IMG/VR virus record: IMGVR_UViG_3300008108_000181
Coordinates: 17,197 to 81,196 of that record
Strand: one strand, 5' to 3'
Length of the DNA: 64,000 nt
Origin: a virus
Shown here: in pieces, positions 9,035 to 18,610 of the stretch
Layout of the letters: the number at the start of each line of letters is the position of its first letter
How positions within the stretch are numbered: the stretch's first letter is position 1
Program-made: the position numbers and the translations under genes
The notes under the pieces: model-generated
What the model was told of the DNA's origin: nothing
Databases searched by the model: none
Seen by the model: the letters and a program-made list of their open reading frames with translations, nothing else

Positions 9035-11508
9035 AGTGTTAAATTTAGTGTTAATGAAACTGTTTGTTCGTTGTTTGTTTTAATTAAATCTCTGTTTTGT
9101 AACTTTTGGTAAAAGATTGATGATTGAGCAAATACATCACCTATTGCCAATTTTAATTCTCCCTTTGGAAGTTTGTATAAGAATGTAATATCTAATACAT
9201 CTCTACTATTTTCAAAGATGTCAGGATACCCCTGAAATCCTACTGCTGATATTCTATCTCCAACCCTATTATAGGTTATATTAAGGGTTTCATTCTTTTT
9301 GTGTATATTCACCCCACCGTTTAACACATAGGTTGACTGTCCTTGTAATTGTCTTTTAACACCATTCACTTCAACTTCGGAATTCATTACCGATGTATTT
9401 GCGTATATATCAAACCAACCATTTATCTTTTTTCTTGCTTCCAATTCAACACCATATAGGATAGCTGAATTTGGATTGGTGTAGGTTAGAAGGAGGTTAG
9501 ATGGAACCGAACCATCTGCTACAATTTGTTCTATTGGATTGATAAAGTTTTTACCAAATAGGGAAATGGAAATGTTCTCACCTGTATTCGGATACCATTC
9601 GTATTTAAGGTCAGCATTGTATATATCAGTTTTCTCTAAATTAGAGTTACCCAATAGTTGTGCGTTTCTAACAAAATCATAATACGCAAAATTTGCTACT
9701 TCTCTGAACTCTGGTCTTACTAATGTTTTACTTAATGAAAATCTATACTTTGTTTTTTCTTCGTTATATGAAAGGTTTAGGGATGGTAGTATATCCAAAT
9801 ACTCTCTATCTACATTTACTTTCTGTCCACTAAAATCTGCGGTTTGGACATCAAATAAATTGTACTCACCTCTTAATCCAGTGTTTAGTTTCCACTTACC
9901 AAATTCGGTATCATACATTGTGTATAACGAACCCAAATCAAAATCTGCCGTGTATCTATCAGTATTGTTTGTTATCTCATCTAACATATCATTTGATACA
10001 TAACGAAATACTCTAGCATTAAATCCTCGCATCTTTTTTAGGTAACCACCACCTACTTTAATCTTACCAAACTCTTTGTTGATATTACCATTCAAAGAGT
10101 TCTCATCCATCACACTCCAAAAACGATATGTATCTCTCCACGCAGTTTGATATGGTTCATCTACCCCCAATGATTTTGTAATTGGATTAACTCTATAATC
10201 GGGTTGTTCTCTGAAGGTGTATGTGTATCCTAAATTGAAATCCCAAGTCTTAACCTTACCATCTAATTGAGAACTGATTACAACATTGTTAATATGATTT
10301 GATGCCGTAGATAAAACATTCTGCACGTTATCAAAGTTATCACCAGTACGAGTTAGGTATGTATCATCGGTTTGGTAGTTCACTAATGTTTTCCAACTAT
10401 ATCTATTCTCACCCAAATAAGTCAAATTGAATAAACCATTTGTTGAAAATCTTTTTGTGAATAGAACATCTTTGTAATCATAAGCCAATTCGGTTGATGA
10501 TTGGTAATCCTTTCTATCAATGTTATTTATTGTAAATGAGTTCCTTACGGTAGAACTGAATAAGGAGTTCCATTTTCCGTTTACATATCCGAATGATACA
10601 CCACCATTTAAGTTCTGAATAGATTGGATTGTTTCAGTTGATGGATTACCAAATAGTTTAGTGTAAGCTCTCTTATCACCATTACCACTAATTCGGTATT
10701 TGTATGTGGATGGGAATGTGGAGGGGAAATCGGTAGCTTGAACTAACTTAAAATCTCTAAAAGTTGAAACCGAACCCCAACCACTTCCCGATGATATATT
10801 AAAAAAGTTATCAGATACTTCTTTAGTTGTTATCTGAACCAATCCACCTGCCCAATCACCTGGTAGATTTGCCGATGCTGATTTAGCAACTATTATGTTA
10901 TCAATTAGTGATGTGGGGATTATATCAAATGAGAATGCTCTCCTATCGGGTTCGGTTGATGGTAGTGGGGTTTTGTTTAGTAGTGCCGAATTATATCTAT
11001 CTGCTAATCCTCTTACTAATACAAACTTATCGTTTTGTATTGTTACACCACTTACTCTTTTAAGAGCATCTCCAACATTTCTATCGGGTGTCTTTTTGAT
11101 AAATTCTATGGATAATCCATCTGATACAACATTACTATTTCGTATTGATTTAACAATAGTTATATCATTTACTTTTTGGGATACACCTTGAACAATAACT
11201 TCTGATAAATCAGTAGCATCATCTGGGAATATAATATCGAATTCAGTATCGGTATCGAATACCACTTCGTTTGTGTATTCTTTGTATCCAACAAATGAAG
11301 ATTTTATTTGATACTTTCCGTTTTCTAATTGAATTAAATACTTACCATCGGTATCGGAAAGTGTTGTAAAAATACCACCCTTATCATTTATAAAAGAAAT
11401 ATGAGAAAAGTAAAGTGTTTCGGATTTTGATTTTGTAGTTCCCTTTATTGTTACTTGCGAAAACAATAAATTGGGTAGTAATAAAAGTATTAGTAAAAAC
11501 CTTTTCAT
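9031..11508 (-). CDS. TonB-dependent outer-membrane receptor (Bacteroidota type)
   Basis: Signal peptide, CarboxypepD_reg-like N-domain, plug motif DALKRVSGVT...VRGLADRYN, barrel motifs RPEFRE and GNSNL, terminal amphipathic beta strand. Confidence 0.92.
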   Translation of the reverse strand: MKRFLLILLLLPNLLFSQVTIKGTTKSKSETLYFSHISFINDKGGIFTTLSDTDGKYLIQLENGKYQIKSSFVGYKEYTNEVVFDTDTEFDIIFPDDATDLSEVIVQGVSQKVNDITIVKSIRNSNVVSDGLSIEFIKKTPDRNVGDALKRVSGVTIQNDKFVLVRGLADRYNSALLNKTPLPSTEPDRRAFSFDIIPTSLIDNIIVAKSASANLPGDWAGGLVQITTKEVSDNFFNISSGSGWGSVSTFRDFKLVQATDFPSTFPSTYKYRISGNGDKRAYTKLFGNPSTETIQSIQNLNGGVSFGYVNGKWNSLFSSTVRNSFTINNIDRKDYQSSTELAYDYKDVLFTKRFSTNGLFNLTYLGENRYSWKTLVNYQTDDTYLTRTGDNFDNVQNVLSTASNHINNVVISSQLDGKVKTWDFNLGYTYTFREQPDYRVNPITKSLGVDEPYQTAWRDTYRFWSVMDENSLNGNINKEFGKIKVGGGYLKKMRGFNARVFRYVSNDMLDEITNNTDRYTADFDLGSLYTMYDTEFGKWKLNTGLRGEYNLFDVQTADFSGQKVNVDREYLDILPSLNLSYNEEKTKYRFSLSKTLVRPEFREVANFAYYDFVRNAQLLGNSNLEKTDIYNADLKYEWYPNTGENISISLFGKNFINPIEQIVADGSVPSNLLLTYTNPNSAILYGVELEARKKINGWFDIYANTSVMNSEVEVNGVKRQLQGQSTYVLNGGVNIHKKNETLNITYNRVGDRISAVGFQGYPDIFENSRDVLDITFLYKLPKGELKLAIGDVFAQSSIFYQKLQNRDLIKTNNEQTVSLTLNLTL

Positions 11509-11605
11509 AGTTATAAAGTTAGTTCTCCAATAACTATTATGGGGTTTTTTTAAAATTTTAACTTTTTGATTAACAAATTATTATCAAATTGTTTATAATA
11601 ATGTA

Positions 11606-12592
11606 TTATTTGTATCTAAAAAGTGCAGCTTCTTCTCTTCTTCTTCTAATTAATCCTGTATAAACTTTACCATCTTCTGCTCCTTTACTTGGACCATTTT
11701 CAATACCTACTGCAGCTTCCTCAAACTTACCAGCTTTTATATTATCGATTATATCTGGATAATAGTAGAAACTTCCACAATTATACGCAAAAGATACTAA
11801 TCCTGCTTTTTGTGTTTTAGTTAACGCATCAAAAGTTTCTTTTGGCATCTGATAAATCCTTCCTTGCGGATTTTTAGCATTACCTACTACTTTATAATAA
11901 AATGTATTTCTAACTTGATATTGTAAAACTAACATAGCATCTTCTTTGGTAGTTGTATCACCATATTGTACTGTTCTAGTTGTCCAAGGATTTGCTTTTA
12001 CTAATAGCATCGATGTACCATAGCCTAATCGTGGATTTCCTTGGTCATTTCTAGCAGTATCACGAAATGATTCTTTCCTAGCAATATATTGAGCTGCAAT
12101 AACATCCCATGTTGCACCAAAATCTATTTTGGTTAAACTTGGTTCAGTACCTGCTGGGAAATTAGATGTACCAGTGTTTGTTGGAGTATTGGATTCTTGT
12201 TTAACTTCAGTTGATTTTACTTTAACCAAATCAGTTGCTGTAGAATTAAAACCGTTTCCACCGAGTCCTGCACTTGTACTACCATCGGTTTCCAATCGAG
12301 TTTCGTTCCATTCTTTATTCACAATCGGGTCAGTTTCTAATTCAACTTGAACCGAAACAATAGTATTATCATATTGTGGCTCAGGTGGTGTTTGCATTGG
12401 AACTTCAGGGCCGCCAGCCCCACTTGGTGGTATAGTATAACCTGTCCAAGTTTTAAATCCCGGCAATGGTAGTGGTGACGGCATTATAGTACCAATGGTG
12501 ATATAAATACCACCTACTGTTTGTAAATGTAATTGCATTTGAGTAATTAACTGGTTTAAAAACACTTCACTATTATCAGTTGGTCTTGCCAT
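11606..12592 (-). CDS. Baseplate-associated protein with C-terminal GH24 (phage) lysozyme
   Basis: KESFRDTARNDQGNPRLGYG, LVSFAYNCG, GLIRRRREEAALF. Confidence 0.85.
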   Translation of the reverse strand: MARPTDNSEVFLNQLITQMQLHLQTVGGIYITIGTIMPSPLPLPGFKTWTGYTIPPSGAGGPEVPMQTPPEPQYDNTIVSVQVELETDPIVNKEWNETRLETDGSTSAGLGGNGFNSTATDLVKVKSTEVKQESNTPTNTGTSNFPAGTEPSLTKIDFGATWDVIAAQYIARKESFRDTARNDQGNPRLGYGTSMLLVKANPWTTRTVQYGDTTTKEDAMLVLQYQVRNTFYYKVVGNAKNPQGRIYQMPKETFDALTKTQKAGLVSFAYNCGSFYYYPDIIDNIKAGKFEEAAVGIENGPSKGAEDGKVYTGLIRRRREEAALFRYK

Positions 12593-12598
12593 ATCTTA

Positions 12599-13534
12599 TT
12601 ATCCTCCCTTTTGTGATTCAACTGCAGCTATACCATTTTCATTTAATCTCCAAAGAGCAACTGTATTAAAATCAACACCGCTTGTTTGAACCTTACCTTG
12701 AGTGAAATCACTAACCCAAGCAAATCCGGTCCAAACTTGTATGTGACCGTATCTTTTTGATTTATATCCCTGTGCAATCACATCTCCAACTTGCCATTTT
12801 GTAGAGTCTTTAATCCACTCTTCATCTACCTTGACCTTATTGTGATAATATGTGGTACCCCCAACATCAATTGCAAAAGAAGAGGCACCAGTTGAGTTAG
12901 TATCAGTACCGGGACTTTTAAACGAAAACCAATCTGCATGCCCTCGTATTGTACCAAGTTCATTTTTACCAGTCAGTGCAGCAACTACTGCTTGAGTACC
13001 TTGTGGACATAATCCATGTATATCTTGAATATAACCTCTTCTTAAATTTTCATATTTTACTCGTGGATTCTTACCAAGTTTTGGTGCAAGACTCCCTGCA
13101 ATTTGTAATAATTTATCTAAAGTACGATATCCACTTTTTACCTCTTTAGAATCAACTATTTCTTTTAATCCTTGTTCTTCAACTGCATCATCAATTATTT
13201 GTGTTTTAACATTATTTAATTGAGTTGCTGCTGATTTTTCCAAATCAGTAACAGCTTTGGCATCAATTATTTTTTGTTGTATTTTTTCAGAATTTGGATT
13301 TATAATTTCTTGAACCTCTGGATCATTTTTATCTAATGAAACTCTACTCCAATCTAATTTTTGATAAACATCATAATTAATAGGGTCTGGGTCAAGTGGG
13401 GTTTCCAATGTCACATCCGATGGAGTCCATACACCCGAATTTGTTGTAAAGTTAGATATTTGTGAAATGTGCACAAAAACTCCAAGTGGTGTTATTGATG
13501 GAATTGGTGGTGGAAATAATCGCATTGTTGCCAT
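12599..13534 (-). CDS. Baseplate-associated protein with C-terminal CHAP/NlpC-P60-like cysteine peptidase
   Basis: GLCPQGTQ (Cys), QVGDVI, YGHIQVWTGFAWVSDFTQ (His/Asp). Confidence 0.75.
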   Translation of the reverse strand: MATMRLFPPPIPSITPLGVFVHISQISNFTTNSGVWTPSDVTLETPLDPDPINYDVYQKLDWSRVSLDKNDPEVQEIINPNSEKIQQKIIDAKAVTDLEKSAATQLNNVKTQIIDDAVEEQGLKEIVDSKEVKSGYRTLDKLLQIAGSLAPKLGKNPRVKYENLRRGYIQDIHGLCPQGTQAVVAALTGKNELGTIRGHADWFSFKSPGTDTNSTGASSFAIDVGGTTYYHNKVKVDEEWIKDSTKWQVGDVIAQGYKSKRYGHIQVWTGFAWVSDFTQGKVQTSGVDFNTVALWRLNENGIAAVESQKGG

Positions 13535-13546
13535 AATTCTATATCT

Positions 13547-14650
13547 TTATTCGTAAATTGAAACGTGCATAGGGTCATTTCTTTTTAACCATGTCATTCC
13601 TACTGATTGAAAAATGCTGGCTACTTGTAAAAAACCCTTATCAAAATCGTTAAAACTTCTTACTTTAGTGTTTCCTTTGTATATACCATCATCTTTAAAT
13701 GATACTCCATATGGATATCGTACACTATTCATGTCAATAGCAGTTCCCCATGCATGGTTTGATAATCGAGTACCACCAGTAACATTTCTAACTGCTAGAC
13801 CACCTGCACAATTTTCTATATATTTTTGTAATTTTTTTTCTCTGATTACTTTTAGAGCAGGTTCAACTATTGCAGCTAAATCTTTATGAATTGTTATTTT
13901 TTTATCACCACTCGATATCGGAAACAATATTTGTGTACAATTTGTTTTAATATAATCAGGGTTTTGTTTATACCAACGGCGAGTACCTTCAGTACTTGAA
14001 ACTTCAAAGTTAGGAGCAGGACCAGGACCAATTGCTGGCCAATAACCATTACCACACTTTTCTAATAATTTGAAATCACCACCAGTACCAGTTGTAGTAG
14101 TTGGTCCAGTTTGAGTAGAACCTCCAGTATCCGAAGATTGTTGTCCTGAATTAGATTGTTGTATTTCTCGTTGATTTGAAAAAACTTGTTCTCTATCCAC
14201 ATTTTTATTATGAGATAATGCTGCAGATGTACTACTAAATTGACTTTCGTATATTCTTTGAGTTTTTGGATACTCTATTGTTATATCTTTCTGAATTGTT
14301 TCAGCCTCTTCTACTTCTTCAGCAGTGAATAATTCTATAATTTGTTGAAGAAGTGAACCTCCCCCTGAAATCGGAGTCCAATATGCTTGAAAAGCTTTAC
14401 CCATGTTGGTAATGATAGCATGTTCACCGGATGATTGTTGAAATGCAGTATTCAAAACTCCACCCAATACTTGTTCCATTGCTGCAGTATTTCCTTCTTG
14501 AAGAGTTATTCCATTTACAGTATCAAACCCTCTTTTAATTAATGCATCATATTCTTGTACTAATTTTTTAGCAAATTGTTCTTTAAATGCTATATTTGGT
14601 TGGTTTCGCATAAAAACCAACATATTTTGTTTAAAGATTTCGTATGACAT
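13547..14650 (-). CDS. Baseplate-associated protein with C-terminal M15 family zinc peptidase
   Basis: R..TGGTRLSNHAWGTAIDMN and DPMHV zinc-ligand motifs. Confidence 0.85.
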   Translation of the reverse strand: MSYEIFKQNMLVFMRNQPNIAFKEQFAKKLVQEYDALIKRGFDTVNGITLQEGNTAAMEQVLGGVLNTAFQQSSGEHAIITNMGKAFQAYWTPISGGGSLLQQIIELFTAEEVEEAETIQKDITIEYPKTQRIYESQFSSTSAALSHNKNVDREQVFSNQREIQQSNSGQQSSDTGGSTQTGPTTTTGTGGDFKLLEKCGNGYWPAIGPGPAPNFEVSSTEGTRRWYKQNPDYIKTNCTQILFPISSGDKKITIHKDLAAIVEPALKVIREKKLQKYIENCAGGLAVRNVTGGTRLSNHAWGTAIDMNSVRYPYGVSFKDDGIYKGNTKVRSFNDFDKGFLQVASIFQSVGMTWLKRNDPMHVSIYE

Positions 14651-14651
14651 T

Positions 14652-15887
14652 TTATTCAGTATAATTTAAAGTAGATAACATTTCTGATAACCTTGCTTTT
14701 AAAGAATTTAATTGTGCCCTATTTTCAGGACCTGTTGCAGTTGGACCAGATGGAGTTCGATATACTTGTGAGTTAATCAAATCAATCATAGTAGATAAAA
14801 TTTCTTTTAGAATATTACCCCTAACTAATGGTTGGGACGAACTATTAGTGTTTAACAATATTTTACCACTACCTGTATTTAGTGTAATGTTAGAATTACT
14901 TCGGGATGTGGTTATATTTACATTACCACCAAAATCTAAATCTGCACCAAGACCGTTATCAATTGAAAATTTACCATCAGATATAAATCCATAATCGCCT
15001 TTTGAATGAAACACCATTTGACCTGTCTTTGCAGAAATTATAATTTTACCACTATTGATTAGTAAATGGTCATCACCCTTGAGCGGATTTGGGTATGAGG
15101 AAAATTTACTTGGAGTGATAGATGTTGTTGCAGTAAATGGTATTTGGTAATCCCCACTTGATAAAACAATAACACTACCATCACTATTCACATTTTCTTC
15201 AGTTATATCACCTTCTTTTAATGATGATATAGTTTGTGAATCTTGTCTATTACGAATTATTATAGTTGGTGAATATACATTATTTGCATTGTTATATGCA
15301 CTAAATCTGATTGATTGACCAAATCTGGTTTGTATCAATTTATCACCTTCGTATAATTTTAATCTATTTATTGGATTTGACCTAAAATACTTTCCAAAAT
15401 CACTTGTTTCAGAAGTTTCATTCGCAGTATTTCCAAGTGGAGTTCCTGTCTGTGCCGATTCTTTTATAGATGCATCAACTGCAATTTTTTCTTTTTTATC
15501 GTAAATTACATCAGCTCTTTTTTTAATAGCATTTCCAGTATTCAATGAAAATCCTGGTATTCTTCTATAATATTCAATCGAACCGACCATTACCAATTCA
15601 ACTGATTCTCCAATTACTGGTAATTCAGTATCCGATGGATTTAGACATGGATACATATTTAATTGTTCGTTTGGAGTTGTACTATCTGAATATTTTCGTA
15701 CTATAGCATAACCTACAAAAGTTGTATTTTTTTCTGTAAATGCCGTTTGAAAATCTTTTTTGTTTTTTATTCTTGGGTGGGTCTCATCCAAAATTACATC
15801 AACAACAACACCAGTACTTGTGGATGCAATTGCAGTTTGTTTATTAGTACCACTCGATATATTTGATTGTTGTATTCTAGTACTCAT
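14652..15887 (-). CDS. Baseplate hub/central spike-like protein (gp5/VgrG-like)
   Basis: OB-fold-like LPVIGESV, EGDKLIQTRFGQSIRF, beta-rich C-terminus, QPLVRG...TPSGPT; baseplate context. Confidence 0.7.
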   Translation of the reverse strand: MSTRIQQSNISSGTNKQTAIASTSTGVVVDVILDETHPRIKNKKDFQTAFTEKNTTFVGYAIVRKYSDSTTPNEQLNMYPCLNPSDTELPVIGESVELVMVGSIEYYRRIPGFSLNTGNAIKKRADVIYDKKEKIAVDASIKESAQTGTPLGNTANETSETSDFGKYFRSNPINRLKLYEGDKLIQTRFGQSIRFSAYNNANNVYSPTIIIRNRQDSQTISSLKEGDITEENVNSDGSVIVLSSGDYQIPFTATTSITPSKFSSYPNPLKGDDHLLINSGKIIISAKTGQMVFHSKGDYGFISDGKFSIDNGLGADLDFGGNVNITTSRSNSNITLNTGSGKILLNTNSSSQPLVRGNILKEILSTMIDLINSQVYRTPSGPTATGPENRAQLNSLKARLSEMLSTLNYTE

Positions 15888-16300
15888 TACTTTTTATTAA
15901 TTTTTTGTTTCAATTCTTCTACTTCGTAAGTTAATTCATCAACTTTTTGGTCTTGGACATCTACTACTTCTTTAGCAGTTAATTCGATTTCTTTTAGTAA
16001 TTGTTCCTTTTCCTCATCACTTAGGAATCCAGCATCACCTTCTGATTTATGTTGAGAAGACATGATTCTTTGTGCAATTGCAGCAAGTTTAATTAATGCA
16101 TCATCATTCTTAACTGATGTATCTACTAAATCTTTTATGATTGGACCAATCACCGCCATATCTCCTGCATGTCTGATTACTTTTTTCATCTCTGCAATCA
16201 ATTCGGAGATTCGTTGTTTTTTATTTACTTGGTTATCGTAAATATCCTTAAATAGACCAGAAAGGTTCTTACCAGGAAATAATTCAAAATCTGTACTCAT
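15887..16300 (-). CDS. Hypothetical phage protein
   Basis: 137-aa ORF coupled to the spike gene; late-type motif upstream. Confidence 0.7.
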   Translation of the reverse strand: MSTDFELFPGKNLSGLFKDIYDNQVNKKQRISELIAEMKKVIRHAGDMAVIGPIIKDLVDTSVKNDDALIKLAAIAQRIMSSQHKSEGDAGFLSDEEKEQLLKEIELTAKEVVDVQDQKVDELTYEVEELKQKINKK

Positions 16301-16339
16301 GATTTTACCATATTATGTTGTATATAAATATAGTAAACG

Positions 16340-16366
16340 AAAAAACCTCACCGAAGTGAGGTTTTT
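16340..16366 (-). terminator. Intrinsic terminator with UUCG loop, possibly bidirectional
   Basis: Minus strand AAAAACCTCAC-TTCG-GTGAGGTTTTTT. Confidence 0.85.
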
Positions 16367-16373
16367 ATCTAAT

Positions 16374-16793
16374 TTACTTTTTTATATTGACCCTTTTTTT
16401 GTTGGGATTTAATGGTTTGTTTTGCCATTCTTTTTCATCAATACCATCCATTTTACCATCTCCATCTTCATCGACTTCGATACCAATTCTTGGTTCTTGT
16501 TTTACAATTTCAGGTTCAACAATTTCAACTTCTTTTACGATTGGTTTGATTGGTGTAGAGGGCTCGGGTGAATCATCACCCATCGTATTAGAAAGTGAAA
16601 CTCCATCTTCTTCATCCATTTTTTGAACCAACATCTTATCCTTATCTGTATCACTAAACCAATAATCTATAATCTTACCATACGAACCAATGAAGGCACC
16701 CAACATTAATAATAGTAGTTCTTTCCATTCTTGACCTACTATTGTTTCAGTATGATTTAATAAATCCTTAAATCCAGAACTTTGATTTTCCAT
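16374..16793 (-). CDS. Small membrane protein with an acidic DxDGDG motif
   Basis: Hydrophobic LLLLMLGAFIGSYG; VDEDGDGKMDGID. Confidence 0.6.
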   Translation of the reverse strand: MENQSSGFKDLLNHTETIVGQEWKELLLLMLGAFIGSYGKIIDYWFSDTDKDKMLVQKMDEEDGVSLSNTMGDDSPEPSTPIKPIVKEVEIVEPEIVKQEPRIGIEVDEDGDGKMDGIDEKEWQNKPLNPNKKRVNIKK

Positions 16794-16831
16794 TTATGTA
16801 ATCTCCTATTTTTTACATATAAATATAAAAT

Positions 16832-16858
16832 AAAAAACCCAAGTATTAACTTGGGTTT
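16832..16858 (-). terminator. Intrinsic terminator after the carbamoyltransferase gene
   Basis: AAACCCAAGT...ACTTGGGTTT hairpin with a T run on the minus strand. Confidence 0.7.
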
Positions 16859-16891
16859 AATTTTTTGTTAGTTTTTATACTCTGAGTATAA

Positions 16892-18610
16892 TTATATTAT
16901 CTTTTTTCGAACTATATAATTGTGTAATACTAAAGTATCCATTTCACAATTCAAAAATGTTTTAACTGCAGTTTCTGGGTCTAACACCATAGTTTGATCT
17001 TTTAAGTTAAATGAAGTGTTGAGGACAATTGGATAACCATTATCTATTTCCAATTGATTTAACAATCTATACATTCGTGATTGTTGTCTATTATTCAATG
17101 TTTGAATTCTTGCAGAACCATCAATGTGAGTAATTGCTGGTAAATTCTTTCTATGTTCTTCTTTCACTTTCACTACTTGATTCATATATGGAACCAAATG
17201 TTTATAATCAAAGTACTTTAATCGTTCTTCTTCTTTTATAATTGGTGCAAATGGTCTAAACCCTTCTCTTTTTTTAATTACACGATTTACTCGTGCTTTC
17301 ATTTGTGGGTCTCTTGGATTAGCCAAAATAGAACGATTCCCAAGGGCTCGAGAACCAAATTCCATTCTCCCCTCGAACCAACCAATGACATTTCCATCAG
17401 TAATTTCTCTACTGATGATTGGAATAATTTCTGAATGATTTTTATATTCATACCAAACTTCATTTTCGTGTTTATCTAATACTTCTTTTATTTTTTCATT
17501 TGTATACGAAGGCCCCAAATAAGGATTTGTATTTACTACTCTATTTTTGTTATTTAATTGATTATACCAATAATAAAGAGCAGAACCAATAGCAGAACCA
17601 GCATCAGATGGTGCAGGTGGAATCCACAATCCCTTGAATGGTGTCATATCGGTAATCTTCCCATTTGCAGTTCCATTGTATGCACACCCACCACTCAGAC
17701 AAACATTATTAGCAGGTCTTAATGCAATTGCACGATTTAATAATCTAAAAAAATAATGTTCGTACTCGTGTTGTAATGTTGCAGCTAAATCTTTATGGTC
17801 TTGTGTAATTTCCTCATCGGGTAATCTATTAGGGAATCCAAACAACTCTCCCAATTTCTCGTTAAACATAGATTTATCATCCCAATCATAGGTAAAATAA
17901 TCCATATTGATTTTATATCCACCATCATCGGTAGATGAAATCAAATGAGAAAATTTAGATAAATATTTTTTGTAATCACCATACGGTGCAAGACCCATTA
18001 CTTTGTATTCACCTTCATTTGGTTTGAATCCAAGAAATGCGGTAAATACTGAGTATAACATTCCTAAAGAATGTGGGAACTCTACACTTTGAAGTTTAAT
18101 TATTCTATTCTCTTCACCATAAGCAATTACGGTAGTTTCCCACTCACCTACCCCATCTACCGAAACAATCATTGCTCTCTCGTAGGGTGATGTATAGAAT
18201 GAATATGCTAAATGTGAGAGGTGGTGTTCGGTGTGAAACAATTCTGAATTAGGAAATAATTTCTTAATCTTTTTTTCTACCTTTTTGTATTCTTGTTTAT
18301 TATTGTAGATAATTTTTTGTCTATTAATTTCATTAACGAACCCACCACGTTTTGTAGATTTTTCAATTCTATCAATTTTCAATTCGGGTAGTTCATAAAA
18401 AGTAACTACATTAATATCGTTAGGAGTAATTCCTTCGTTTTCTAATAACCAAGTTATAGTATTAATTGGAAATGAAGAATCATGCTTTATACCAGTAAAT
18501 CTTTCCTCTTCAACTGCACCTACAACCTCACCATTTTTAATGAGAGCAGCAGCAGAATCATGATAACCAGAACTTATTCCTAAAATATAAAAATTATTCA
18601 CTTTCATCAA
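16892..18610 (-). CDS. O-carbamoyltransferase (NodU/CmcH/TobZ family)
   Basis: HDSAAAL..EEERF, EHHLSH, DGVGE, EYKVMGLAPYG, EFGSRALGNRSILA, KREGFRPFAP, HIDGSARIQT, LNTSFN. Confidence 0.95.
   Translation of the reverse strand: MMKVNNFYILGISSGYHDSAAALIKNGEVVGAVEEERFTGIKHDSSFPINTITWLLENEGITPNDINVVTFYELPELKIDRIEKSTKRGGFVNEINRQKIIYNNKQEYKKVEKKIKKLFPNSELFHTEHHLSHLAYSFYTSPYERAMIVSVDGVGEWETTVIAYGEENRIIKLQSVEFPHSLGMLYSVFTAFLGFKPNEGEYKVMGLAPYGDYKKYLSKFSHLISSTDDGGYKINMDYFTYDWDDKSMFNEKLGELFGFPNRLPDEEITQDHKDLAATLQHEYEHYFFRLLNRAIALRPANNVCLSGGCAYNGTANGKITDMTPFKGLWIPPAPSDAGSAIGSALYYWYNQLNNKNRVVNTNPYLGPSYTNEKIKEVLDKHENEVWYEYKNHSEIIPIISREITDGNVIGWFEGRMEFGSRALGNRSILANPRDPQMKARVNRVIKKREGFRPFAPIIKEEERLKYFDYKHLVPYMNQVVKVKEEHRKNLPAITHIDGSARIQTLNNRQQSRMYRLLNQLEIDNGYPIVLNTSFNLKDQTMVLDPETAVKTFLNCEMDTLVLHNYIVRKKII

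Noticed and set aside
12592-14650. Group I or II introns explaining the split scaffold
   Set aside because: The intervening DNA is in-frame hydrolase coding sequence with no visible ribozyme core or maturase
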